Of a stretch of DNA of 14,327 nt, positions 6,882-14,327 are shown piece by piece. This DNA is from Conexivisphaerales archaeon (lineage in GTDB: Archaea > Thermoproteota > Nitrososphaeria > Conexivisphaerales > DTJL01), in contig JBEKZX010000051.1 of the NCBI GenBank assembly GCA_049509455.1, positions 1-14,327 on the forward strand, written 5' to 3'. Made by a program: the position numbers and the translations under genes. Position 1 is the stretch's first letter. The number at the start of each line of letters is the position of its first letter. The notes under the pieces are model-generated. The model saw only the letters and a list, made by a program, of their open reading frames with translations, was not told the DNA's origin and made no database searches.

Positions 6882-6918
6882 AGATGATTAACCACGAGGG
6901 TTTAGGCTCTGCCTTGAA

Positions 6919-7005
6919 GCCGGGGTACCCTAGCCTGGTAGGGGGCAGGCCTGCTAAGTCTGTGGGCGCAAGCCCTCGTGGGTTCGAATCCCACCCCCGG
7001 CGCCA
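6919..7005 (+). tRNA. tRNA-Ser(GCT), intron-less, CCA encoded
   Basis: Acceptor GCCGGGG/CCCCGGC, D-arm CCC/GGG, anticodon stem CAGGC/GTCTG with loop CT-GCT-AA (anticodon 6953-6955), long variable arm GGGC-GCAA-GCCC, T-arm GTGGG-TTCGAAT-CCCAC, discriminator G. Confidence 0.97.
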
Positions 7006-7170
7006 TTCTACTATTGTCTCTTTATCCATACCGTCACTACGCTACTGCTACACGGGATTTGGTCGTCACCAATAAGCGTCTGCGAGGAGCTCCATTAGTT
7101 CGAACGTGCGGGATAGGTCGCAGTGAATCGGCCACGTATCGGGATAGACAGCATCCGCTAGCGTCTCATT

Positions 7171-8142
7171 CTAGTAGTATCCCTCAGAAACGAAATCACA
7201 GATATCGAGGAGGGCGGTCCTCGCTTCGCACGGCCTGATGGGCTCTAGCAGCTTTCTTGCAGATTCTACGCAGCGGGAAGCTTTCTTCTCGCAGTAATCC
7301 GCCGAGCCGTACTTGAAGACTATTCCTTTCACCCTCTTGATTTCGTCTCCGCTGATATGTCCCTTGTTGAAGAGGCTCTTGATGTAGCCTCTCTCCCCAT
7401 CAGAGCACTTGGATAGGGCATGAACGAGCACTATGCTCTTCTTCCCACCCTTCACGTCTGTGAAGACAGGCTTGCCAAGCACCTTTTCATCCCCAATAAT
7501 GTCGAGAAGGTCGTCGCGGATTTGATAGGCCATGCCCAGCAGCTCTCCGAATCTGTAAGCTGTATCGGCCTCTCCATCAGAGGCGCCTCCCACTATCGCT
7601 CCGCTGGCTGAAGGGGCAGCAAGAAGCGCGGCCGTCTTGAGCCTGATCATCTTTTCGTACTCGTCCTCGCTGACGTCCTCCCTCTGGGCCATCTGAAGGT
7701 CGAGGAACTCGCCCATGGTTGTCGCCCTGCAACACTCCCCAACGAGGTCGAAGAGCCTGCAGAGCCTCTCGCTTTCCATATCCCTGTACCTCGAGACCAT
7801 CCTGGGAACGTTGAAGAGCAACATGTTCGAGGCGAGGATGGCGTTGGACAACCCATACTTGTGCACTATGGATTCATTCCCCCTTCTTGTATCGGACTGG
7901 TCGATTACGTCATCCTCCACGAGGGCAGCTGAGTGCGCGAGTTCGTAGGCAACCGCCATTGGGATGGCAGCCTCGTAACTGCCGGAGAAGACCTCGCACC
8001 AGAGCAGGGCGAGGACTGCTCTGACTCTCTTCCCGCCGTTGGAGAGAGAATCGCTGACGGCCCCTGCCAGGGTCGAATCATCAAACGGAAGATGAGAGAG
8101 CTCCGAATTCACGCTGTCCACGTACTTCGCCAGACCGGCCAT
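7171..8142 (-). CDS. Trans-polyprenyl diphosphate synthase (IspA/IdsA superfamily), probably medium/long-chain
   Basis: GGKRVR, first Asp-rich motif VEDDVIDQSDTRRG, KTA, second motif YQIRDDLLD, GKPVFTDVKGGKKS. ATG 8142 (or 8160) is preferred over 8199 because it gives a family-typical N-terminal length and avoids overlap with SRP helix 5. Confidence 0.9.
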   Translation of the reverse strand: MAGLAKYVDSVNSELSHLPFDDSTLAGAVSDSLSNGGKRVRAVLALLWCEVFSGSYEAAIPMAVAYELAHSAALVEDDVIDQSDTRRGNESIVHKYGLSNAILASNMLLFNVPRMVSRYRDMESERLCRLFDLVGECCRATTMGEFLDLQMAQREDVSEDEYEKMIRLKTAALLAAPSASGAIVGGASDGEADTAYRFGELLGMAYQIRDDLLDIIGDEKVLGKPVFTDVKGGKKSIVLVHALSKCSDGERGYIKSLFNKGHISGDEIKRVKGIVFKYGSADYCEKKASRCVESARKLLEPIRPCEARTALLDICDFVSEGYY

Positions 8143-8176
8143 CCGTGATAGAGGTATCATATCAGCAGCAAGCCCT

Positions 8177-8394
8177 GGCTGATGGAGCGACATCGGCATC
8201 TTTAGCCTTTACATCGCCCCGCCCGAGGAGGGTCATTTCGAAGGGGGAAGGTCCCTTAGAAGGAAGGGGTTCCAACCACGAACCGGCGAAACGAGTTAGG
8301 CCCGAGAGGGGGCAGCTCTAAATCGGGGTACTGGCGCTGCTGGGCCTGCGTGGGGGATTCGCGCGCTAGACCGAAGCCTCCTCCGGATTCAGTC
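8177..8394 (+). ncRNA. ffs: Signal recognition particle (7S) RNA; core from helix 5 through helices 6 and 8, true ends uncertain
   Basis: Helix 8 GAGTTAGG-CCC-GAGA-GGG-GGCAGCTC (8293-8318) aligns to the SRP54-binding motif (CAGG..GNRA..AGCA). Helix 6 at 8244-8277 has a GAAG loop. A colinear imperfect helix 5 pairs 8177-8235 with 8332-8394 (GGCTGA/TCAGTC, TGGAG/CTCCG, TCGG/CCGA, TAGC/GCTA, CCCC/GGGG, GCCC/GGGC, GTCA/TGGC). Confidence 0.82.
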
Positions 8395-8397
8395 GAT

Positions 8398-9315
8398 TCA
8401 CTCCTTCTTGTAGGGCGCACCTAGGGCCGTCGGCGGTCGAAGCCGCTTGGTCGTCAATGCCATGGCGATGACTGTCACCAGGTAAGGTAGCGCGGCGAGC
8501 AAGTAGGTGTATCCCTGCATCCCACCGTACTCTATGTAGACACCGAAGGTCACACCGAAAAGCAGGCTGAAGCCGAACACGAGGAAAGAGCTCCAGGCGC
8601 CCGCGATTACGGCTCCCAGTGCGATGAACCCCAGGCCGTGCGTCATGGACTTAACAAAGAATGGATTGAGGACTATCGACAGATAGGAACCTGACATGCC
8701 AAGCATCGCGCCTCCCAAGGTAGTGGCGAGTATCCTGGTGCGGACCACGTTGAGCCCCGCGGTCTCGCCGGCCTTAGGGTTCTCCCCAACTGCCCTGATC
8801 CTGAGGCCGAATTTCGTCCTGCTCAAGAGCAGGTAGGTGAGGACCGGCAGGATGAAAGCGAAGATCTCAAGGAGGCTGACTTGTCCGGTGCTGCCAATGC
8901 CGGGTATCGTGAAAACGTAAGGTAGTGTAACGGCCGGAGGCGTCTGGTCGTGGACATCGAATATGTGGATCAAAGCCAGCACCGTGATCCCGCCAGCCAG
9001 GACGTTGATACCTATCCCCGCTATCACCTGGTCCACATAGAGTTTGGTGCTCAGGACGGCCAGAAGGAAGTTGATCAACATCCCGGTCGCGATCCCCGAC
9101 AACAAAGCAACGTAGGGGGTTGAAAGGCCGAACGTCGGCCTCAACAGCCAGTTCATGTATGCCGCCACGAAGGCGCTTAACAGCATAGTTCCCTCTATGC
9201 CGATGTTCATCACGCCAGACTTCTCTGATAGTAGCTCACCCTGGGCGGCCAGAGCGATGGTTACGCTCTGCTGAAGGCCCAGCACCAGAAGGATTACCAC
9301 CTCACTTATGGCCAA
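8398..9315 (-). CDS. Nucleoside/simple-sugar ABC transporter permease (BPD_transp_2, YufQ/NupC-like)
   Basis: GELLSEKSGVMNIGIEG, GLRIRAVGENPKA, GFIALGAVIAG, LPYLVT motifs; highly hydrophobic. Confidence 0.92.
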   Translation of the reverse strand: MAISEVVILLVLGLQQSVTIALAAQGELLSEKSGVMNIGIEGTMLLSAFVAAYMNWLLRPTFGLSTPYVALLSGIATGMLINFLLAVLSTKLYVDQVIAGIGINVLAGGITVLALIHIFDVHDQTPPAVTLPYVFTIPGIGSTGQVSLLEIFAFILPVLTYLLLSRTKFGLRIRAVGENPKAGETAGLNVVRTRILATTLGGAMLGMSGSYLSIVLNPFFVKSMTHGLGFIALGAVIAGAWSSFLVFGFSLLFGVTFGVYIEYGGMQGYTYLLAALPYLVTVIAMALTTKRLRPPTALGAPYKKE

Positions 9316-9316
9316 T

Positions 9317-10444
9317 CTACTGTCCCTCCAGCTTGCCGGGCGACACTATGGTCCTCCGCCAGGCGCGGCTCCAGTCCGTCTTGGTGATGACCTTGTAGAT
9401 GTAAGGCATGGAGGCGAAGATGATTATGATGCCCTGCAGGGACCAGACCAACTCCCTAGGTATCCCCAAGGCTTGGATGTACGGTCCACCAGAAACCATC
9501 ACGGCGAACAAGACGGAGGAGAATATCGCTCCTATGGGGCTGCTAGCACCCACGAGCGCGACGGCTATCCCCGCGAATCCCATACCACCGAAATATCCTT
9601 CAGCGAACTGGTCTACGTAGTTTCCGTAGGTGCCCAGGACTTCGCTGGCGCCAGCTAACCCTGCCACAGCACCGCCAATCATCATGGCCACAACTTTGAT
9701 CTTTCTCCAGTCAATCCCCTTCATCTCAGCCGCCGTAGGGTTCAGCCCCACTGCCCTGATCTTGTAGCCAAGGGTGGTCCGAAGCAGAAAGTAATAGACT
9801 CCTATCGCGATCAGGATGGTGAAGAACACCATTATCGACGAGCTCAAACCAGGGATATGTGGCAGCCTCACGGCGGAGCTGAACTTCGGAGTCTGGCTGT
9901 CGACCTTGGTCGTCGGAAATGTCACGGCTATTACGAAGAACAGGATGAACGACGCGATTGGCGCGTACACATAGTTGAGCATTATGGTCGTAACTATCGC
10001 GGACGCGTTCCGGTACGATTCAAGGATGCCCGGAAGTGCCGCCCCCAGAGCTCCTGCTCCGGCACCGGCGAGGAGAGCAACTATGGGCCAGAGGATAGGG
10101 GGCATCGGAATGTACAGAGCTACGAGGGCAGCTGTTATGCCGCCAAGGTAGACCTGTCCCTGTCCGCCAACGTTCCAGATGCCCGCCTTACCTGGAATGA
10201 GGAAGGCTAGGGCGGCGAGTATAAAAGGAGATATGTAGGTTATCGTATATGAGAGGCCTTGAACCGATCCGAAGGCCCCTGAGAACATTTCGCCGAACAC
10301 GAGGACAGGGTTGTAGCCGCATATGATGATGAGGATGGAGCCGGCTACCAATCCCAGCAGAAGGCACAGCAGGGAAGGAAGGGCGTTGTGAAATGATGTC
10401 TCTAGGTATGACGAGAGCGTCGAGCCCTTTGCTTGTGCGTTCAA
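9317..10444 (-). CDS. Nucleoside/simple-sugar ABC transporter permease (YufP/NupB-like)
   Basis: AGIWNVGGQGQ, TTIMLNY, GYKIRAVGLNP.AA, GFAGIAVALVG motifs. Confidence 0.92.
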   Translation of the reverse strand: MNAQAKGSTLSSYLETSFHNALPSLLCLLLGLVAGSILIIICGYNPVLVFGEMFSGAFGSVQGLSYTITYISPFILAALAFLIPGKAGIWNVGGQGQVYLGGITAALVALYIPMPPILWPIVALLAGAGAGALGAALPGILESYRNASAIVTTIMLNYVYAPIASFILFFVIAVTFPTTKVDSQTPKFSSAVRLPHIPGLSSSIMVFFTILIAIGVYYFLLRTTLGYKIRAVGLNPTAAEMKGIDWRKIKVVAMMIGGAVAGLAGASEVLGTYGNYVDQFAEGYFGGMGFAGIAVALVGASSPIGAIFSSVLFAVMVSGGPYIQALGIPRELVWSLQGIIIIFASMPYIYKVITKTDWSRAWRRTIVSPGKLEGQ

Positions 10445-11964
10445 GCGCTCACTCCTCCCAAGAGCCTCCCAAGCGCTTCCACATTTGCCTGTTCCCTCGA
10501 AAGTTCCCCGATGATCTTCCCTTCAAATATAATCAGTATCCTATCGCTAAGGTTCAAGACCTCGTCAAAGTCTGCGGAGACGAGGAGTATCCCTTTCCCG
10601 CTGTTCCGCGATTTCACCAGGAGGGACTGGATGTACTCCGTAGCCGATATGTCCAGTCCACGGGTCGGTTGGGCAGCGATGAGCAGATCTGGATCGCGTG
10701 AAAGCTCCCTCCCAGCTATGAGCTTCTGCTGATTGCCTCCAGAAAGATTCTTTGCCGGCATGCTTACGCTGTTGGTGACTATCCCGAACGCGTGGACCAC
10801 GTTTTCAGCGAAGCGCCTCACCTTGTCGACGTAAATCAAGCCACTCCTAGACGAGAATTCGTCCTTCTGTACTATACCTAGGACCGAGTTGTCAGAGATG
10901 GAGAAGTCCATCACCAGACCCTGGGCTAACCTGTCCTCGGGGATATGACCGACGGACTTCTCTAATATCTTACTCGTGTCGAGGCTCGTGGTTACGACCC
11001 CCTTGACAGATATGGTCCCGCTCAACGGCTTCCTGAAACCAATGAGGCTCTCGACTAGCTCACTCTGACCGTTGCCGTCCACGCCTGCTAGGCCTACAAT
11101 TTCGCCCTTTCTGACGGCGAAAGAGACGCCGTCGACGGCCACGGCCTTCCTCCGGCCTGCTACCCTCAATCCCTTCACCTCCAGCAACACCTCGCCAGGA
11201 CTATATGGATTGAAGGAGAACGACCTGATGACCTCCCGCCCAACCATCATGTTGGCGAGCTGGCCTATGCTTACGTCCTTTGTCGGACCGCCGCCCACCA
11301 CACGTCCTCTTCTCATGACGGTTATGCTGTCGGTGATCTCCTTGATCTCTTGAAGCTTGTGCGTTATGAAGATGATGGTCGTCCCTGAATCTCTCATCTT
11401 CCTGATGGACTTGAATAACTCCACGACCTCAACTGGTGTCAGCACCGCCGTAGGCTCGTCTAGAATCAGAGTCTTTGCCCCACGGTACAGAGCTTTGAGA
11501 ATCTCAACCCTTTGTTTGAGCCCTGTGGGCAACCTCTCGACAACGACATCGGGGTCGACGGGCAGGCCGGAAGACTTGCTGAGGTCCAGTACCCTCTGTC
11601 TGGACTCGCCGGGACTGAAGACGCCCGAACTGCCGGGTTCAAACCCCAAGACTATGTTCTCCTTGACCGACAAGTTCGGGACGAGCATGAACTCTTGGTG
11701 GACCATCCCGATGCCCAGTCGAATCGCGTCATGGGAGCTTCCGATGTGTGCCTCCTTCCCGTCTACCTCTATTCGCCCGGCATCCAAGCGGTACAGCCCG
11801 TAGAGCAAACGCATCAGGGTTGACTTGCCGGCCCCGTTCTCTCCCAATAGCCCCCTGATCTCTCCCTTCCTGACCTCAAAGTCGACGTCATCCACCGCTA
11901 GGACGCCCGGGAAGGACTTCCTCATCCCAGTCATCCTTATGGCTAAATCACTCAAAGTAGGCAA
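10441..11964 (-). CDS. ABC transporter ATP-binding protein, two NBDs (CUT2/YufO/NupA-like)
   Basis: Walker A GENGAGKST, ILDEPT, second NBD with LSGGNQQK and AAQPTRGLD. TTG start is preceded by a GGTGA SD. Confidence 0.95.
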   Translation of the reverse strand: MPTLSDLAIRMTGMRKSFPGVLAVDDVDFEVRKGEIRGLLGENGAGKSTLMRLLYGLYRLDAGRIEVDGKEAHIGSSHDAIRLGIGMVHQEFMLVPNLSVKENIVLGFEPGSSGVFSPGESRQRVLDLSKSSGLPVDPDVVVERLPTGLKQRVEILKALYRGAKTLILDEPTAVLTPVEVVELFKSIRKMRDSGTTIIFITHKLQEIKEITDSITVMRRGRVVGGGPTKDVSIGQLANMMVGREVIRSFSFNPYSPGEVLLEVKGLRVAGRRKAVAVDGVSFAVRKGEIVGLAGVDGNGQSELVESLIGFRKPLSGTISVKGVVTTSLDTSKILEKSVGHIPEDRLAQGLVMDFSISDNSVLGIVQKDEFSSRSGLIYVDKVRRFAENVVHAFGIVTNSVSMPAKNLSGGNQQKLIAGRELSRDPDLLIAAQPTRGLDISATEYIQSLLVKSRNSGKGILLVSADFDEVLNLSDRILIIFEGKIIGELSREQANVEALGRLLGGVSA

Positions 11965-11969
11965 TCACC

Positions 11970-12008
11970 AAGAAAAAGAAGCGGAAGGTGAGCGTGAGCC
12001 CACCCCCC
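11970..12008 (-). terminator. Hairpin plus T-tract between the binding-protein and ATPase genes (partial terminator or mRNA stabiliser)
   Basis: Minus strand GGGGGGTGGGC-TCAC-GCTCACCTTCC (11 bp including G-U pairs), then GCTTCTTTTTCTT, directly after the TAG. Confidence 0.55.
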
Positions 12009-12009
12009 T

Positions 12010-13254
12010 CTATGGATTGTAGTTCTCAGGAACATTTGCGGTGCCGTTGAGTATCGCTGCCTTCAGCTGTGCCATGACCGTCGTGGCTTGGGGTGTAAGA
12101 TATTGCTGTGTGTAGGTCATCGGACTTGGTCCAACTCCACCCTGGGCGAGCCCGAGGAGGAAGACCCCTCTGACATAGCATGGCTGGTCTCCGGTGGATC
12201 CGCAGATTTGCGTCGTACCGTTGAAGAATGTAGGACCCCACTTCGTTGGGTTGTTCCAGAAGCTGCTGTAGTTCCCGGCGACCACGCTCTCGATGACCGT
12301 GTACACACCAGTGTCCACCCTCTTCATCTCCGACGTTAGCACGAAGGAGGGAGCCGTGAAGCCAGTGCTCTGTCCTTGAACGAAGTACTGGTAGGTCCCA
12401 TAGTAGTCCTGATCAGAGTCGACGCCGATAGCGAAGTACTTGGGAGGTGTCGTCAATGACCAATTCCACCCTGTGGCCTTATCCGCAGCACCTACCGCAT
12501 TGAACATGCCGACGCCGCTAGCGCCCGCGGCCGCGTAGATTATGTCAGCGCCCTTCGCCATCATGGACTGGGCTATCTGGCTGTCGGTGGTTGGGTCGTC
12601 CCAGGCCGCACCTGTCGTCCCCGTGTACTGCGCAGGGAGCAGAGTGACGGTCTTCCCCGTGTAGTTCTCCGCCCACGAGACGCCGTACTGGTAGCCATGC
12701 CAGAACTTGTAAATGATGCCGGTAGCCATGCCGCCGATGAACCCGATTACGTCCGTCTTGGTCATCGCCACTGCGAGCGCGCCCACCAGCGCACTTCCGA
12801 GGTTCTCTTGATATTTGATTGCGACGACGTTCGTTATGTTGTAGTCGTCGCCGTCTATCTGAGCGAACTTCATGTTCGGATACTTCGCAGCTTCCGAAGC
12901 GACTGCGTCGTCCATCAGGAAGCCGACGCACACGATCAAGCTAACGTTCTTGCTGACCAGTGCTTCAATATTCGGCACGTAGTCGCTCGCGTCGGTAGAC
13001 GATTCCTCGATGTAGTTTATGCCTAGGCTACTATTAGCTTGCAGGACTCCCGCATACGCCATGTCGTTGAATGACTTGTCTCCTTTGCCACCAGTATCAT
13101 ACACGATTCCGATGGTAATTTTGGATGACGATTTAGTCGTCAAAGTTGTGTAGTAATAAGTGCCTAGCGCAGCCACCACGATTATCACGATGACTGCACC
13201 CACCAAAGTGCCTCTTGCGATCGCGCGTTTCTTGCTGTGAGAAATCAGGGACAT
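12010..13254 (-). CDS. BMP-family (PnrA/TmpC-like) nucleoside-binding protein of the ABC transporter
   Basis: GGKGDKSFNDMAYAG, IVCVGF, GSALVGALA, IGFIGG, GADIIYAAAG, AIGVDSDQ, SEMKRVD motifs; N-terminal membrane anchor. ATG 13254 is preferred over 13272 because the TATA box at 13294-13286 implies a transcription start near 13263. Confidence 0.92.
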   Translation of the reverse strand: MSLISHSKKRAIARGTLVGAVIVIIVVAALGTYYYTTLTTKSSSKITIGIVYDTGGKGDKSFNDMAYAGVLQANSSLGINYIEESSTDASDYVPNIEALVSKNVSLIVCVGFLMDDAVASEAAKYPNMKFAQIDGDDYNITNVVAIKYQENLGSALVGALAVAMTKTDVIGFIGGMATGIIYKFWHGYQYGVSWAENYTGKTVTLLPAQYTGTTGAAWDDPTTDSQIAQSMMAKGADIIYAAAGASGVGMFNAVGAADKATGWNWSLTTPPKYFAIGVDSDQDYYGTYQYFVQGQSTGFTAPSFVLTSEMKRVDTGVYTVIESVVAGNYSSFWNNPTKWGPTFFNGTTQICGSTGDQPCYVRGVFLLGLAQGGVGPSPMTYTQQYLTPQATTVMAQLKAAILNGTANVPENYNP

Positions 13255-13283
13255 TCGTAATTCCCGACGCATATTTGGTTCAC

Positions 13284-13300
13284 AACTATATAAGTAGTTT
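13284..13300 (-). promoter_or_regulatory. BRE/TATA promoter of the ABC operon, embedded in an inverted repeat
   Basis: Minus strand AAACTA-CTTATATAG; plus strand AACTA-TATAAG-TAGTT. Confidence 0.6.
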
Positions 13301-13351
13301 CCAATCTGGATGCAAAACGATAATAACTCGTTTGATTTAAGACTATAAGTC

Positions 13352-13753
13352 TTATTTCTCTAACCTGAAAGCCTCGGGGAGCAATTCCCCCAAGCGATGG
13401 TAGGTAACTTCCCCTTTTCCTGACGCGACGATTACGACCATGTCGATGCCGAACTCGCTCAAGAACTGACGGCAGGCCCCGCACGGATAAGTGAGCTCCT
13501 CAAGGTTGGAAACCACCGCCACGGCCGAGAAACTCCTGGAGCCGGCGGACACGGCCTTGACCGCGGCCGTCCTCTCCGCGCAGATGCTGAGCCCGTACGA
13601 AGAGTTCTCCACGTTGCAGCCAGAGAAGACCTGGCCGTCAGAAGTGAGTATGGCTGCGCCGACCTCGACCTTGGAGAATGGAGAATAGGCCTTCGCGGCA
13701 GCCTTGCGGGCTTCCGAAATTAGCGACCGTTCCGTCTTCGCGTCCAACTTCAC
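13352..13753 (-). CDS. cdd: Cytidine deaminase (homotetrameric type)
   Basis: AYSPFS..VGAA, GCNVENSSYGLSICAERTA, PCGACRQFL zinc motifs. TATA-like TTAATTAG about 25 nt upstream. Confidence 0.95.
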   Translation of the reverse strand: MKLDAKTERSLISEARKAAAKAYSPFSKVEVGAAILTSDGQVFSGCNVENSSYGLSICAERTAAVKAVSAGSRSFSAVAVVSNLEELTYPCGACRQFLSEFGIDMVVIVASGKGEVTYHRLGELLPEAFRLEK

Positions 13754-13802
13754 ACCATCCTTCTACCCCGCGCTTCTAATTAACGTGCTAGGCGTGCCAC
13801 CG

Positions 13803-14327
13803 TTATATCGCGTCCGCCACCAGCTCTGAAAGGTCCTTGACTACCACCTTGCCCTCTACGCCCTCCGCCTTGACGGCATCTTCCAGCATGGCGGTGCAGA
13901 AGGGGCATTCGACCGCGAGCACCTGAGCACCGGTGTCTAGCGCCTGGCCCAGCCTCAGCTTCGAGATAGGCTTCTTTTCGCTCATCTTGTACCAGCAGTT
14001 CGCTCCCCCTGCTCCGCAGCAGAACGTCCTTTCCCTGCTGTCCTTCATTTCGACCAACCTGAGCCCTGGCAACGCCTCCATCACGTTGCGCGGCTCCTCC
14101 ACCATGGCGTTCCCCCTCGCTATGAAACAAGCGTCGTGGAGGGTCGCCTTGAGGTTCAGAGGCTTGGACGGCTTGAGCCTCCCCTCTATCAGGAGCTTCG
14201 AGACGAAGTCAGAGTGATGCATGACTTCGAACTCTCCACCGATGTCGGGATATTCGTTCTTCAGGGTGTTGAAGCAGTGGGGACAGTGGGTGAGGATCTT
14301 CTTGGCCCCTATCCCCTTCAGCATCTC
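13803..14327 (-). CDS. CCG-domain Fe-S oxidoreductase (GlpC/HdrD/FadF-like), C-terminal part; 5' end lies outside the window
   Basis: CPHC, HDAC, CCGAGG and CPFC motifs; the frame is open to the window edge. Confidence 0.9.
   Translation of the reverse strand, partial: EMLKGIGAKKILTHCPHCFNTLKNEYPDIGGEFEVMHHSDFVSKLLIEGRLKPSKPLNLKATLHDACFIARGNAMVEEPRNVMEALPGLRLVEMKDSRERTFCCGAGGANCWYKMSEKKPISKLRLGQALDTGAQVLAVECPFCTAMLEDAVKAEGVEGKVVVKDLSELVADAI

Noticed and set aside
7053-7147. CGGGAT(AG) repeated at 7053, 7109 and 7140 downstream of the tRNA
   Set aside because: Short, irregularly spaced and not CRISPR-like; no function can be supported.
8143-8199. N-terminal extension of the prenyl synthase to ATG 8199
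   Set aside because: Longer than typical for the family, and it would overlap SRP helix 5 antisense.
8221-8386. Alternative compact or circularly permuted SRP fold (CCGAGGAGG pairing with CCTCCTCCGG), and an RNase P reading of GAGGAGGGTC
   Set aside because: The colinear, length-symmetric helix 5 (8177-8243 with 8327-8394) explains more sequence. No RNase P CR-V motif or bulge-helix-bulge end was seen.
8260-8400. Plus-strand frame containing YWRCWAC (zinc-ribbon-like)
   Set aside because: No start codon after the upstream stop, and the region is explained by SRP RNA.
209-14217. Many short ORF-track entries antisense to or out of frame within the assigned genes (e.g. 3346-3786, 4936-5712, 9857-10210, 11357-11803)
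   Set aside because: Shadow ORFs of GC-rich coding DNA; no motifs, and they fully overlap well-supported genes.
1-14327. CRISPR array or rRNA
   Set aside because: No regularly spaced 25-40 nt repeats and no rRNA-like sequence were seen.

Overview
Archaeal genomic window, probably TACK and possibly a non-ammonia-oxidising Nitrososphaerota-like organism (lineage is inference). Evidence for archaea: ribosomal stalk protein P1/L12 start, archaeal-type tRNA-Ser, SRP RNA, BRE/TATA-like promoters. Left to right: 5' end of rpl12 (minus, not in the ORF track); an orphan membrane protein; a decayed accessory island (integrase N-terminal fragment, HTH/coiled-coil protein, and a pseudogene-like chimera of a DpnI-type winged helix and the C-terminal half of an RNase H-like exonuclease, carrying a TGAC motif array); 3-hydroxyacyl-CoA dehydrogenase/enoyl-CoA hydratase fusion plus thiolase; a 5'-truncated IS110-family transposase remnant; tRNA-Ser(GCT); a trans-polyprenyl diphosphate synthase; an SRP (7S) RNA with variant helix 8 and no recognisable Alu domain; a BMP-family nucleoside ABC transporter operon; cytidine deaminase; and the 3' part of a CCG-domain Fe-S oxidoreductase. 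The strongest finding is the IS110 remnant's 3' non-coding end. It folds like a two-loop bridge/seek RNA, and its loops match the two halves of a nearby junction, overlapping on a 2-nt core (AA, 6880-6881). All folds and homologies were judged by eye, with no database searches.
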